This document shows, one piece after another, positions 11,701 through 26,700 of a DNA stretch of 64,000 bases. The notes beneath the pieces were generated by a model. The model did no database searches. It saw only the letters and a program-made list of their open reading frames with translations, and was not told the DNA's origin. Source of the stretch: Rhina ancylostomus (taxonomy: Eukaryota); NCBI GenBank assembly GCA_030265395.1, contig JARFYF010000022.1, positions 42,473,567 through 42,537,566 of the forward strand. Reading direction: 5' to 3'. The position numbers and the translations under genes are program-made. Numbering within the stretch: position 1 is the first letter of the stretch; each line of letters starts with the position of its first letter.

Positions 11701-14700
11701 TCAGCCATTGACTGTGCGCTGATGTCTATGGACAGACTGCTCAGTTGAGGGGGGTTCTGAAACTCCCTATAAAAGGTGCCAAGATCCATGGGTAGAAAAT
11801 CATCCTTGGAAAAGGCAGGCTTCTAAATTGCAGATGAAGAGAAATTTGTTACAGTCAGTTTTATTTTAATGGAAATTAAACACAAGGATACATATGTAAC
11901 CTGGTTATTCAATTTGACTTGCAAGTAGCAAATTCACTTGATTAATGGCTGTGAAATGAGAAATAACTGGAAAAAATGCAGTAGGTCTATAAGGTTTCTA
12001 CAGAGACAAACAGGAAACATGGATGGTTGTGAAAAAATGCTCTTTGACAGAAGTGCAGCTAAATGTTCAAAGTAGGAATGTTAGTGTATATATGACTTTA
12101 AAAGAAAAGCAACATGTATAAACACTGATTTTAATTAGTTAAACTCTGAGAATAGTGTCCTGCTTCATCATCCAGAAATGATTTTCTCTCCCTATGGGAA
12201 TCTGCGGGCTGAACAGACTCTCTGGTTCGATGGCTTGCCATCATTCAGGAGTTAATTGCATTGTAAGATTATTCACCTTTTTGAGATGCAAATGTCTGCA
12301 AACTTAGACTTCAAGATGAGAAAACTGTTATTTCTCTGGCATTATTTCAGAAGGTGTTCAAGATTTAACTTTAGCACCTTCAGCAGTTCAATTGCCTGAC
12401 CACTTTGAAGAATCTTTGATTTCAAAGTTTAAAAAAATAGCCAGGCAGTATCATGAGTTTTTAAAACTTCCATATTCTGCTCTTTTTTTTTGTGCAGACA
12501 TCGAAAAAGATACAAAAGTGAATTAATTCCATATTATCAAAGACTCAGTCAAACTACATTGAACAGAACTGCTAAGAGTTTAAAATATGTGACAAGTCAG
12601 AGCATCATCCAAATTTTAAACAGAAACTGTAGTAAATAATTCTGAGGATCAAAGAAATCTGCAAGAGGGTATCGATAGTATGGTAAAATAGTCAAAATGC
12701 AGCAGATAAAACCCAACATCAATGAATGTGGCATGTAGGTTAAATGAAATGTTTCCACAGGGAGAGCAGTCGATGTTTGCTGGCATTTTTCTGTAATAGC
12801 TGTAACAGTTTCAATGCACATGTGCAGTCACGGAGATTCCAAACCTGCTGGCAGCCATCAGAAATGATGTCCCAATTGTGGTTGGACACTGGAGCCTTCA
12901 TTAGGTCCAGTGGTGGATCATGAAACCTAAATTATCCTGGGAAATTCACTCAAAGTATCTACACAAGGTTGGATCTGGCACAGGGAGCTCTGTTCCATGG
13001 AGGGGAACAGTTCTGGCAGGGTTTCAGTATAAGCACTTTAGGTTTTTTAAAATTGTACTAAATCAAAGATTTACTACTTTAATATTCCATACTCTTGCAA
13101 TAAAGGCCAACTTTCTATTAGCATTCCTAGTTACTTGCTTTTAGCCAAGCTCTATCAACCTTCTTAGGCTTCACTTGGAGGTAGAGCTTTAGTATTCTGT
13201 TCAGTCTAGAGGTGAACTCTCACCAAAGCCTGTACTGCCATTGACACTGATTTCTTTCACCTGGGATCTAGTTCTTAGTGTACACCTGGCTTTTTGATAC
13301 CCAAACTAAGTGACTCAACTTCTCCACAACCATCAATGTAAGTGTTGAACCCCCACCTCTTCTGTCTTTAGACCCACATTTCCAGCATTTTAAAACATGC
13401 CAAGCACCAATGGGTCTTTGCAGTTCAACTTCAATATCTCAGTGAAACCACTGACCCAGGTTCTCACTGGCTGGGTGAACAGGAGAGATTTTTCTCTGGT
13501 GTGTTCATAAAACAGGATTTTTCTTTATTAAAAGAGCNNNNNNNNNNNNNNNNNNNNNNNNNNNNNNNNNNNNNNNNNNNATCTATTGCTGTTCTATGGG
13601 TTGTTAATTCTTTGCTGCCTGGAAGTCTTCCTAAATCCTGCTGTTTGAGAGAGAGCAACAGCTTGCAAACAGGCATTTGGCCCATTGAGTCCATACAATG
13701 AGCCATTTTTACACTAATCCTACATCAATCCCAATTCTCTCCACATTTTCTTCAACTTCCCCCAGATTCTAACACTCACCTACAGACTAGGAGCAATATA
13801 CAGTGGCCAATTAACCAACCAACCCACATGTCAATGGGACGTGGGAGGAAACCTGTGCAGGTCACAAGGAGAACATACAAACTCCACACAGCCACATCTG
13901 AGTTCAGGACTGAACCCAGGTCTCTGGTTAGAATATACATGTAAAGGAGGATGCAGTCACCATGGCACCATATTTTTAATATGCAAAAAGAGAAAGCAAG
14001 CCAGTTATTTTCTTTGTTTCTGTCCATTTTAATAAATTGGATTCTTTACGCCCAAGAGTGTTTTTCTATGAAGGGCAGCTGCCCCAAACACGACTAACGA
14101 AACACTCCTTGATTATGGTACATTTTGAAATGATTTGTTCATGTGCTGTGGGCATCGCTGATGTTTGTTGTCCATCCCTAAATGCCCCCAAAGTGAGAAA
14201 CTTGCTGAGCCATTTCAGGGTATGTTGGTGTGTCTGGATTCACAAATGATAGGTCAGATTGGGTGAGGATATAGAATGCCCTTCCATGAAGGACATTAGT
14301 GAACAAAATTTAAAAAAAAATGATAAATAGAGTTCTATGGTTAGGGTTATGCAAACCTTGTCTGGAAGATTAACTGGAACTATAATTTACAGAGAGAATT
14401 ATCAGGTGTACAGAAAGAACACTTTTGTTGCATTGAACACTTTGTGCTTTCTTGTGCTCGAAATATTTTCTCAATAAAATTACTTATGATATCAGCACCA
14501 TTTTTTGTGCATGTCATCGAGGATACCAAAGATATGTTACTCAATTAGATGCTTCCAAAATATACTGGATCAGGCAATGTTGGGATTTTACCCTGTCAAT
14601 TCCTTTAAGACAATCTGCAATCTTAGTTGTGATGCCAGTGAAAGGTAGTGACAGATGAACATCTAAGCAAAAACTCTACAATGTTACTTTAGGTTAAACA

Positions 14701-17700
14701 AGTAGCCCAAAGTGCCAGAAATAAATGACTTACAAGTTCCACCATAACAAATTCATCCTGTGTGAGGCCACTGCTACCGCTGGACTGGTCTGAGTGAAGA
14801 CTAGCATGCAGGGGTGATTCTTGGGTTGGGGAATCTGGGGGATTTACCTGTGTTAATAAAGCAGAAAGATGCCATCCATTCAATTGTAATAGGTTGCTAA
14901 ACTGCAGCAATTAGGCAAACTGTTCCATCAACAAAAAGAAGCTGGGAGCCAGCCAATGTCAGATGGCACATTAAGATACTGCATCACTGAGTGACAAAAC
15001 ATAGATGTACGGCGCCCATTTGTGAATTCTAGTTTGTTAGCTTCCAGGAGGAAGGGCACAGCAGAAGTACAGGAAAAATAAGTGTTATTGCACATCCCTG
15101 AACAGCAGGAAAGACTGCATCATTTGCAAAGCCTCCGTGAGCAGATTGCTGCACATCCTCACTGAAGGAAATCAGCCTTCTGGGAAATTTTTTATACATT
15201 TAATTGAAAACTTAAAATTGTGGGGTGATAAAACACCCTGGTAAGACAAAGCTCAAATAGTTCTGGCTCGAGACAGCTGGAGGAAGAAGCAGTGCTTGAA
15301 CTTGAAAAGCTTGTACATATTTCAGAACCCAAAAAAAGATCTGGGGAAAAGGGAAAGGATTATTCATAGGTTAGATATGGGAAGATTTTAAATCTTAGTG
15401 GTATTCAGCTCTCCAGTTTAACAGAAATGAAGAATATTTGCTTCAGTAGTGAGCTGAGAAATATATATAAACCCAGGAAGTGGAACTGAAGCCTTCATTG
15501 GCCAGTCAATAAGACAGTTTAACTGCTCTCACATTTTAGACGGTGTTTTATATTAAAAAGAGCATACATCAAAAGATGTTCCAAAGCAGCCTTAAATCCT
15601 CTCGAGTTTCAGAAGGATTTTTATTTCTTGAATCTCACCATGACATCAGTGTCCTCAGATTCAACAATTTTTGGTGCAAATACCGCAAATGGCAAATCCA
15701 GGTTGACAGCAGTGACCTGTGTAAAACAGGAAAACGTAAGTTATATGAATAGATCTGGTCATATCATGAATAAACAAAAAACATTAATAAACGTAATCTA
15801 TAATTATTCACTTTCAGCTTTACACAGAGTTCTCCACAAGCATGAGGAACCGGCTAAACTACAGAGAATGCTTAAAGTTCCATTTCTCTTGCTACTTTCT
15901 CAGTGTAAACAGAACTGTGATCAGTCACTTTGAATTCATAAGCAATTTTAAGGTTGTGACAAAACCAAAATTGACAACTTAATTAAATCTGCTGTTAAAG
16001 CAACTGGCAACTGGGCTGTAGTTATAAAGCTTTTTTTTCTTCTTTTTGGCTTGAGAGTCACTGAAGGGTTCCTTGGATCACAGTGGATGCCCAGGAATGA
16101 GCAGAAAGTTTTAACTGCTGCCGTCCATCAGGTGTCACAGCAAAGCTGAGACCACGTTACCAATGAAAGGGTAGTTTGCTGAGGTTAAAACCAAAGTAGA
16201 TTGAGTGTAACTGAGTGGGAAAAGAATCTTGAAATAGATCAGGCTAAGCCCATAATCACACAAGGTGTTTAAATAAAATAGAGGCTATTACTCTTTTATA
16301 CACACGCTGAACATTGAGTCTTTGTGAAATTATGGGCTCCTTAGTTTAACTTAGTATAGCAAGATTCCAGAAGGTATCTTTCGGGACAGAATCAACACTC
16401 TAACCTGAGATACTTAAAAAGTGGCTTCTGGAAATGGAAGAGAAATCCATTTGAATTTTTTTTGAGGAAATCTATTACATGAGTGAACGTCGGAGCCTAG
16501 TTGATATTGTTAATCTTGATTTTCAAAAAGCCATTATTAAGCATTATAAAAATGGATTCAAGATAAAGTTGAGTACTGAGGAGTTAGTGGGCTTAATTTG
16601 GATTGGCTAAAAATTACTAAAATTTTCATCCATAAAAGGTAGCTATTAAATGATACATAGGACAGAGATGAGGGGAAACTGCTTTCCCTCCAGCCCCTCT
16701 GTCACACCCCCAACTATTTTGCATTGTAGGGGAATTAAGGGTAATGGGGAAAAGGCAAGTAGGTGGATCTGAGTCCACGGCCAGATCAGCCATGATCTTA
16801 TTGAATGGTGGAGCAGGCTCGACAGGCCAGATGGCCGACTCCTGCTCCTACTTATGTTCTTTCTGTGTAGGCATCAGCTGTTAAAGCTTTCACAATGAAA
16901 TAAGACCATCGACATCGCAGGTGACAACCCATAATAATTACTATTATAATGGTGAACTTTGTAATGAACCAGCCAACAGCTGACACGAGGACTGTACCTT
17001 TTAACACCCCTCTGCTGTCATTTAGCTGGGTGGGACTGCCTTCTCCTGGTTTCATCCTTATCTGTTCAGCTGCAGAAAGAGCATTATCTGCAAATACTTT
17101 ACTTCCGTTTATTGCACTGTTACCTTTTGAGTCTGTCAAAGACCAATTCTTAGGGCTTCTTGTATTTCCTAACTTGCATTGTATCTAAAGCCACAATATC
17201 AGGTTCCATGTATACATGTCCAGCTCTACCTTGCTACTAATTCCCTCAATTACCTCATTGCTTTCAATCTGTTGTGCTGCTTGGAGCAGGAATTTCCACC
17301 ATATGAATTGGCCAATGTCTTCGGTTCTTGACACAAACTCTGCTTCCCCAAACCACTGACTCAATCCCTAATCCTGGCCATGGAGGCTGAGGCAGAGAAC
17401 ATTTTACCCTGAGATGAGCTTGTAAACATACAGCCACTCCACCACTGCTTTCAAATCCACGTCGCTTATCTGCAGTCCTGGGCCAGCTCTTCTGCCCCTG
17501 AAGCCTCCAATCCACGCTGCTGTTATGTCTAAACTTGATGACTCCATTGCTTTCCGAAACAATTTTCCCATTTTCCAAGAAACTTCAACTGAACATAAAA
17601 TGCCTCCTATTTCTGAATTCACATCATGTTCCAATCATTCATCATACACATCCACTCATCTATGCAGGCTTCCGGCAATGCCTTGATATTAAAATTCTCA

Positions 17701-20700
17701 TCCGTGTGTTCAAACTCGTCGATAGCCATATCATCCGTTCTTGTAGAAATTTCTCCAGCCCAATCACTCCTTGAAATCTCTGTGCTCTCATTGTTCTGAC
17801 ACTTTGTGCATTCCTAGTTTTATCACCCGACTATTGGCTGCTGTGTCTTCATCTGTATATGTGACCTGCTCAGGAATTCGGTTCCTGAAACTCTCTAGCA
17901 CATTCTGATCTTTCAAGACCTTCCATTTTACTAAATCTGTTTATGGCTCATTATCACATTTCTATGCTGTATGATCTTTATAACAAAGGGTACCAGGAGA
18001 ACTCTCAGTAAATTGAGAGGCAATTTAAATAAGTGTGTGGGTGGACCTTGGGTTAAACAAAATGCACATATCTAGACGAGAAAGGGAAATGGACTTGTAT
18101 CTGACATATCTCAGCATAAACAACACTGTCCTTGACCAGAATGTAATGTTAAACATTAGGGCATGAACACGAATGTTACATCCAAATTACAGGAGCTTCT
18201 TAACCTATGCTGGGAGGCTAAAACAAAAACAGTTCAAATGTAAAATATTACCATTACAATTAAATACCAAACAAGAAAAATTATTTGTCTCTGTGCAAGG
18301 CCTTGGGAAGGTTATGTCTGGAATACTGTGACCTGGCCCCCTTATATGGTGGGTGATGGACATCCTTTCAGGGGATTGGTACCCCATTGGTTTCTCCACC
18401 AGCATTAGGTAACAGGATGATTATACTCCAGGAAGGCACTTCCTTCAAAGGAGATTTTGAGGTCTTTGACATAATATAACAGTTTAAGCAACTCAAATGT
18501 CTCAAACTGCATCACAATACGGGCTAACTGATCCACTTGAGCTGGAAAAAGGATAATGAATTACCAGAGAACATCACATGCCTTTTGTAAACAAAGGACC
18601 AGTTTACTTTTTAGGAGGTACATCAGTTCACAGGGAATTGATTAACTTTGAATGAAGCCACCAACAAATGCAGATTTACTTGAAACGTTCAATAGGGAGC
18701 TGATTACTGCACGTGGCCAGCATAATCATGTGTACAACATACATAGGAATCTGTTTCAGGGTGGGAATGTACGATTGGATATATATTCCAGTCCTTGTGA
18801 TTTCACAGAATTGGTTAGATAGCCCTTCAGGATTCAACAATAAAGCTCCTGGAATGTCCATAAATTATTTTTTCCCTCCCTAGGAAATTGTTTGGGAGAG
18901 GGATAGGGAAAGNNNNNNAACAGCATGGGTAAAACTCTATGGATCAGTTAACTTCCTACAGTATTATAATTGTATGTTAACACACACAACACTGATGTGT
19001 ATTTGGCTACAAGGAGGGAATGAGCAGTAGAAAATGATCCTGACACCATAAATGTCGGATATCTAACACGAAATAAAGTTATGTCAGAAGTAAACTTATT
19101 GCTAATTTGAAGTCTAAGGTTGAAGGTCTATTCTTCAGTCTCTGCTATGCTTGGAGCCATACCTGACTGGCTGGTTTGTTAACAAACGCGCCCACTTTCC
19201 TGGTAAAGGTAGTCTCCAGTGCGTCTTGGTGATCCGCTCTTCCTCTCACTGCTCTTTGATAACATTTCTGCTTCGCCACTGTAAAATGAACAAAGGAGAA
19301 GACGGATTAAACAAACCTAACAAAGACGTTCATTAATGGTTTTATTATATTTCATTGTCTTCAGCCAGAAGAAGAATTTAAGTTTGATAAACCAATATCT
19401 TTGCCTAAATCCAGATTAGGTGTTGAACAGGTTTAAGGATAGACTTAGTGTAAACCTGCTCCACCATTCAATAGGATCATGGTTGATCAATCAAACATGA
19501 CTCAATCATCCTCTTATTCCTCCATTCCATTAGCATTCAAAAATATATTGATTTCTGGTCTGCTTAAGGTAATTTATAACTTTTATTTGACTTAAAACAA
19601 GTTAAAACATATTCTAAACATTTAAGTGTTAATATTTGTTTCTTTTCCCCCCCACTTCTTTTAAAAAATAGTTTGACTAATTTTTAATACTTTAAATCTG
19701 TTCAAGGGGCTTGTTTGGGTCATGATAAATAAAGCAGCTGAAGTTCTGCTTCTCTTTGGATGGTGACCAGAAAACATGCACAATGAAAGTGTTGTCAGTG
19801 AATCTGCTTAAAGTAAGTGTGGGTTAATCAAATCATCTACTTCTTCCAAACTCAAAAGAAGTATAGACCTAGTCTCCTCCAAGAAAAATGTCATTTCAGG
19901 AAGTATATTGTTTCTTGGGCCAGGAAATCAAAAGCATAATTCTGACGATTTCCAATTTTGAATGGTTCTGCCCAGAGGTCTTGAGCCCACAACCAGATTA
20001 GGCTGCATGTGCTTACTTTTCTTTGAAAAAAGAGAAGTATCTCTTCTCTTCTCTCCAGAAAGAGAACACCATTTGGCCCAAGTTCAAGAGCAGTCAGAAG
20101 AAAAGGGCTGCTCTATTTTATTCCATTAGACGTAATCATTTAAAAAACAGGATTGCATGTCATCTAGCAAGGTGCAGACAAGTGTTTACAAACCCATTCT
20201 ACATATAACTCAAAATGATGGCCAGTAAAACTCATTACCTTTAAATAAACCGCTCGGGTACATGTTCAGAGAGGATTGATTACACTTGAATTTGTACAAA
20301 TAGTTTCGCACTTAACTATCTTGCTGTTTTTTGCACATGCACCAAAATATTCCTTGTGAATTAATTCAGTATTATTTTCCGCATAGTCCATTTATAAATG
20401 AATGATGCAAGATGTGAAATAAATCTGTTGCATCAGGTTTGAAGGTCAAGGGAACGGTGCTAAACCTGAGGTAGCAGTTATTCAGTTTCACAATGGCTTG
20501 CTAATTTATTAAAATTTCTCAGCCATTAATTTATGAGACTGATCTGAGACCAGGTGTCATTCAAGGACTTTGTAGGAGAATTTAAATCGGGAGGGATCCC
20601 GAGCAAAATGAAACTGCTTTGGATTGATGCTCTTTACATTTTACAAACCTGTATAAATCTGTTATCAGTGATGTGGAATTATATCATCATCAANNNNNNN

Positions 20701-23700
20701 NNNNNNNNNNNNNNNNNNNNNNNNNNNNNNNNNNNNNNNNNNNNNNNNNNNNNNNNNNNNNNNNNNNNNNNNNNNNNNNNNNNNNNNNNNNNNCTGCTTT
20801 GGATTGATGCTCTTTACATTTTACAAACCTTTATAAATCTGTTATCAGTGATGTGGAATTATATCATCATCAATCCTACGGTTAGTTCTAACTGTACCTG
20901 CTAGAAGGAGTTGCTGGACCCTGTTGATTCGTATCTGTAGGATTACAGGTTGGCATCCTGTCACCATCAGCCTGGGTACCATGGGCAGGATGTTGAGGCA
21001 GAACAGGTACACCACCTTCTTTGCCAGGAATTACCATCTGTTAATTATGAACAGAAGGGAAAGGAAATATTCAAGACCAAATCACTAACTGTGCAAGATT
21101 AAATTAAATTCAGATGCAAATTTAACCAATACACTTTAGAGTGAAATATAATGCTTCTGGGATTATATAGAAAAACAAATTAAGTTCTACTGAAATGTTT
21201 AGCTGCAGCTTTCCTTGTTGAGCCAAATATGAATTCTCACTCTTAGTACGACATTTTTTTTAATGTTGCAGGAAGAACTCTTGCTCTTAATACTATACCG
21301 CATTAATATAATGAAAAAGACATTGTGTACTACAGATTTAGGTTTATACTGCTTGCCACATGATTTGGGGAAGCAATGAGGAGCAGAAGTTGGAAGGATA
21401 GGAAAACTGAGCTCTTTGGTTAATGAACAATGCTCATGGACTCCCAGTAAATGCAAAGACACTTCACATTTCAATTCTTTCTGAAATTTAAAAGAGAGAT
21501 AATTGCATTGGAACATAACATCTGGAGGGAGCTTGATAGGGTGGATGCTGCAAGAAAGCTTCCCTCAAGTGTGGTGGAAGGAATACGCAGAATCTAGATT
21601 AGAGGTCATAGTCTCCGGATAAAAGGGTCAACCATGTGAGACTAAAATGAGAAGAAATTTCTTCTCTTGGAGAGGTGTGGAAGGTGGTATTCAGATCAGC
21701 CAGGATCTTGCTGAAACATGAACCAGGTTTGAGGCCAGTCCCTGTACCTATTTATTATGTTCTCCCTCTTTTTTTCAGATGCACACAACAAACCTATAGC
21801 GGAGAAAATAATATTAGTGGGAAGTGTGACAAGTTGCTGTGTGACAAGTCTCCGTGTGACAAGTCTCCATGTTTAAACTCCCATGACGGGCAAGAGACAA
21901 TGAAGATTACAATGTGAAAATTGGCCAGTCCTACCTTGACGTTTACAAGGTGGATGTGGGGACATCCAAGTCACCCACTCCAGAGGGGTGGGATGCTTAC
22001 AGTGGCTTCCTACAGAGGAAGCCAACTTGAAATTAATTTGCACTGTTTGTATTTTTCTGGGTTTGGGTTTACTTGACAATAAAATGGATGCAGAAGCTGC
22101 TAGATCCCCAGGATGAGTGGCTGTTTCATGCTCCTTATGGTTAAGAGAAGTGCTTCACTTAGACTCAAAACTTTTCTGCCTCACCCAGTCCAAATTTCGA
22201 GCTTTCTTCCCTGCAGGTTCTCTCTCCTTCACAACTACCAAACAAACCTTTCTCCTTATACCCTGTTGTTTATTGCCATCTTCCTACTCCATTTCCTGAT
22301 CTCTCACCATCATCAGCCAATGGACAATTGCGTACCATCAGATTTCAGGGAATGAAAACCCTTCACCCAATTTTTAGGAACCCAGCAGCAGTCTCCTGCC
22401 ATCAGTGTATTCTCCCACCTGCTGGTCCAGTTCACTGGCAGCTGGTGGGGAAGAAAGCCACAAAATACAGCGGAGCTGCCACTATCATCCATGCCGTCCC
22501 TTGAATTTTTTTTAAAGACGTTTTAACCTCGCCTGCAACTCCCCTGTAAGTATTAGGCCATAAAATTCTGTATCCGTTCAAGCAAATGCATAATGTGTTA
22601 ACATTTATCAATACATGAAAAACAAAAAGCCTAAAACAGCTTTCTAAGGAGATGGGGGAATTCCATTTATAGCAGATGTGGTGTGGGTAGTCTATGGGAA
22701 ATATTATTGATGAAGATAAGTTAGTGCTGAAAACATGCTTTGCTGGGAAATGGATGAAGTACCTTACTGAAGAAAGGTCCCTGCACAGTGGAGGATGAAT
22801 GTGCAGTTAATATTAAAAACACTTCTCCCCTTTATTTATTTTGCCAATTTTTCCTGAAGGTGCAGACTCAAATTGAAGTACTTTGCTTTCCAGTACCTCT
22901 GCTGGCGTCGACTTATGGACATGGAGAGTAATGGGAGAATCTTGACTTTCCATCATGAGGACAGTCTGTCAGAGCTGCTTTACTTCAGGTAGGGTATTAA
23001 GAGTTTTTTGGTTTCTTAACTGATGAAGTGGCTGTTATTGATAATTCACCATTCATTTTAACTGTTGAGAGGCCTAACATTTGTTGGAATTTGTTGACTG
23101 CACAGCACAAGGGAGATAGAAAATGGACTGCAAACCACAATGAAGATATCTCAAAATTCAGTGACTCGTGAAGACAGAGATGACAAGATAAGATACAAGG
23201 ACCTGCAGGGGCATCAAATCACGAATGAGAGGATGAAGTCTGTCAAAGACTAACGTCGCATGGATGGAGTTTGCCATGAAAGTAATCAACAAGCATGTTC
23301 TCCCATCCTGAATTTAGTAGCTATAAGTGCTTGGAGATCATCAGCTGAGCATATTGACATATTCACCAACATCCTTTGTGAATATTACTCCAATCCCCTT
23401 GTTCCAAGTACCAATTTACTATTCAGATGCACTTGACATGGGATTTCTGTTCAGATGACTTTGACACAGGAGAAAGTTGATATGCCCCATTGTGTCCATT
23501 ACAGCCAGAAATGCACTTCCTCACACCCCATCAGTTTAACCAAATTCATGCCTCAATCTCACCTTGTGCAACAACACAGCAGGCCATCAGTGTCACTGTT
23601 AACAAATCTGTTCAACACATGCCATTACTCTCATTCATGTGTCTTAGATTCCCTTGCAGAGTCATATATTTAGAGGAGAGGAGCTGTCCAATGAGTCAAT

Positions 23701-26700
23701 ATTGGCTACAAAAGTGCCTTTCAGACTAATTACACTTCCCAAGACCGGACCCACAGACATGCAAGTTCCTGAACATCAAATGCATGTAAGTAAGTTTTGA
23801 ATGCATTGAGAACTTTTGCCATTGCTACTATTTCAGATTGAGAGCTCCAGACCTCCAGCAACTTGTGGGTGAAAGATTTTTTCCAAAAATCCCCTTTATT
23901 CTTTCTAACAACCATCTTACGTAGGCCGACTATTAATTGACTGGCCAGATAAGATCCTTCTGATTCATCCTGTTTACGCCTCTTATAATTTTATCCAACT
24001 GGATTAACCCTCCCCTTCGTCTCATCTCCAATGAAAGCAACCCCAGCCTGAATAATTATTCGTGACAACTGCATTTCATCACAAGCAATATGCTTGAAAA
24101 TTTCCTCCATACCTTCTCTGGGTGCTGTCACTTTCCTCCTGAAAGGTAGTAATCAGAACTAACTGCAGTGACCAGAACTAGTTTGGCCATAAGGAGTATA
24201 AAGTTGCAGGAGAAAAAAAGCAAAAGAGTTGAAGTGAGGTCGAGAGCACGAGTTGGCCCGCCAGCATCTAGGGAAACAACAGCTGTGGATATAATCGGCA
24301 CACCAGAATATAGGGCCATCAAAGGCGGCAGATAGTGGAGTTCACAGATAGAATTCCCTTTCATTCAGCCATATTGCATTAACACCCACTCATGTTGATT
24401 AAAGTCAGCAATGAGCAAAAGACACCATAGTTAAACACTCTTTGTTGATCGATTGAATTCAGATCTTAATTCTTCCATGGGTGGTTTGGTATCACTCATC
24501 TCACGTCTTGCAGTACAATCAAAGATAGCTCCTCAGAGTAGGTGGCCAATACTGACTCTGATCTTGCGCAGTCACAAGATTCATACTTACTTTACAAACA
24601 GCTTCCCAAGTTTGAAAAGGAAGATAGTTGACACCTGTATCACGTGGCTCAGAACTACCCACGATCTACACAGTTGGACACAGATGCTACAAACCAAGGA
24701 CTGTTGACAAACCATACACTGGAGGAATTTAATTAACAACGTCCACTTCTGCAGAAAAATTGGTGGAGTTTGCTTTGAGAAAGAACGGCATGGAAGCCTT
24801 TGAAATGATGTCATCATCCATGGGAAGAACGAACAGTACGAAACATCAAATGTAGCAATGAGTGAATGCAGGCTCTCAAAGGTTTAGAGATAATGAATCC
24901 CACCTTGAGCAGCCTGCATGATACCCTGTTCTTCGAGGTTGATTGGTGCAATGATCTGCAGCCAAGTGCTCAGTTGTCAATTGCTGGCACGGAAAATGCA
25001 GGACAGCAATGATAGTGACGGGGCAACACTTGTACTCTTCATGTTGTCCTTCTATCCCTATCCACACCCTCCACATGCTGCCCAGGCAGATGCAACCTCT
25101 GAATAGTTGGAGATGAAGCAGTCCAAGGCTGAGCTCTAACGAGCTCCATAATACAGGAAATTCCACAAATAAACACTTCAGCTTTCAGAGCAGATATCCA
25201 AGTAGCTTGGTTGCGCTAAGATTACAAAGTTGGTGCCATTTTAGAGATTTAGGAAAAAAGAATTGTCAAATTTTGTGGTTTAAAACGGTTGTGCAAATTG
25301 CACACTTTGCCCCTTGCCAGAGTTGCAAGTCTTGGTTCTTCTAACAACTGACAAGTGTACTTTCAGTGTGTGTAAAGTGAGTCATGTATCGACGCTCAGC
25401 AGCTGAAGGAGAAGGGTAGAAGTAGGGGGTGAACAGGCACACATGCCTATTTACAGGACTGATTTGACATCTGGATATCAGATAGATTGCTGGCATCTAA
25501 ATGGACATTGCAGTGATGATACAACACACATTGCTTGTGTCGTTCTTCTCCTTATTTGAAGATAGTACATCTCCCTTGCCTTTTGTCTTTAATGCTCTCA
25601 GCTGTGTAATGTTGTGCAAAATTAATCAGTCCAGCACTCTTCTGGAGAGCCTCTCTAGCATGCACAATAGGGTTCCTCTTAATGTGACAACCCAGTCAAG
25701 GTCCACCATCATACTCAGAAGATTATTCGTGTCAGCGTACACGACCCTTAATAATAAACACGTGATAGTATTGAACATAAAGAAATAATGGAAACTTGTC
25801 AGAAAGGGATGGCACTAATCAAGGGGAATTTTAATCTACATATGGATTGGAAAAGTCCATCAGGTCAGAGGAGGAGTTTGTAGAGTGCTTTCCGGATAGA
25901 ACAGCATGTTCTGGAGCAAACCTGAGGGCAGGCTATACCAGCCCTGGTATTGTGCAAATGGATATGAATGAGCTCATCGTGAAGGTACTCCTTGGGAAGA
26001 ATGATCATATGATTGAAATTTGCATTCAGTTTGAAACAGAGATGGACAAGTCCAAAACTGGTATTTTAAATTGAAAGAAAAATTGATGAAAGCATGGTTA
26101 CCTCCAGTGAACTAGGAAATTAGGACAAGGGATTAGTGAAGCAATACTATTTAAGTACTTCTTTCAGAATACATGGAATTTTTTGCCATAAAAATAGTCT
26201 TTGATTATTTTTATGGCAAAGATAGACACTTAATAAGGAAGGGGTGAAAAAGGTTACCGCAGATGGACAGAAATGTGGAGTTGAGCTTACAATAAGATTG
26301 TTTATAATCTTCTTAAGTGTGGAGCAAGCTTGAGAGGCCCAGTGGTTTATAAATGCTCTAAACTTGGATGTTGAACATTACGCCTCATCCTCAAGCAACT
26401 GCCAAGTTTACATGGAAAGGTCTAAAGGAATTAGAAAGAGGGGATGCCACAGAAGAATGAAATTGTGATGAGTCAAGGAACAGAATATACATATGGAGAA
26501 ACATCTTGAGGTTACACACAGTTGATGATAACCCTACACCCGAGGGTGGCAGCTCTAACAATAAAGCTGAGTGTGTGTTCAGTTTGACCAGCATTATGGA
26601 TGGCCATTGACATAATTGGGTGCTCTGGAAAACAAGGTGGCATTCACCTGCTTTTTGAATGTGTAAGATTTTGTACATCTCATGCTTTGCCAGATACAAG

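Noticed and set aside
20614-20873. 80-bp direct repeat close to the exon 12 donor (ORF 20554-20904 with duplicated [12 protein letters not shown])
   Set aside because: The copies sit exactly on either side of a 100-N gap and differ by one base, the signature of unmerged overlapping contigs or haplotypes.
24860-24980. Second Myb/SANT-like trace (QRFRDNE...WCNDLQ)
   Set aside because: Only two short motifs, with spacing too short for the domain.
25480-26620. Apparent + strand Harbinger-like motifs (IAG..DTTHIA, GG......ECV)
   Set aside because: The same interval gives a longer, colinear and better match on the minus strand, so the + strand resemblances are treated as coincidental.
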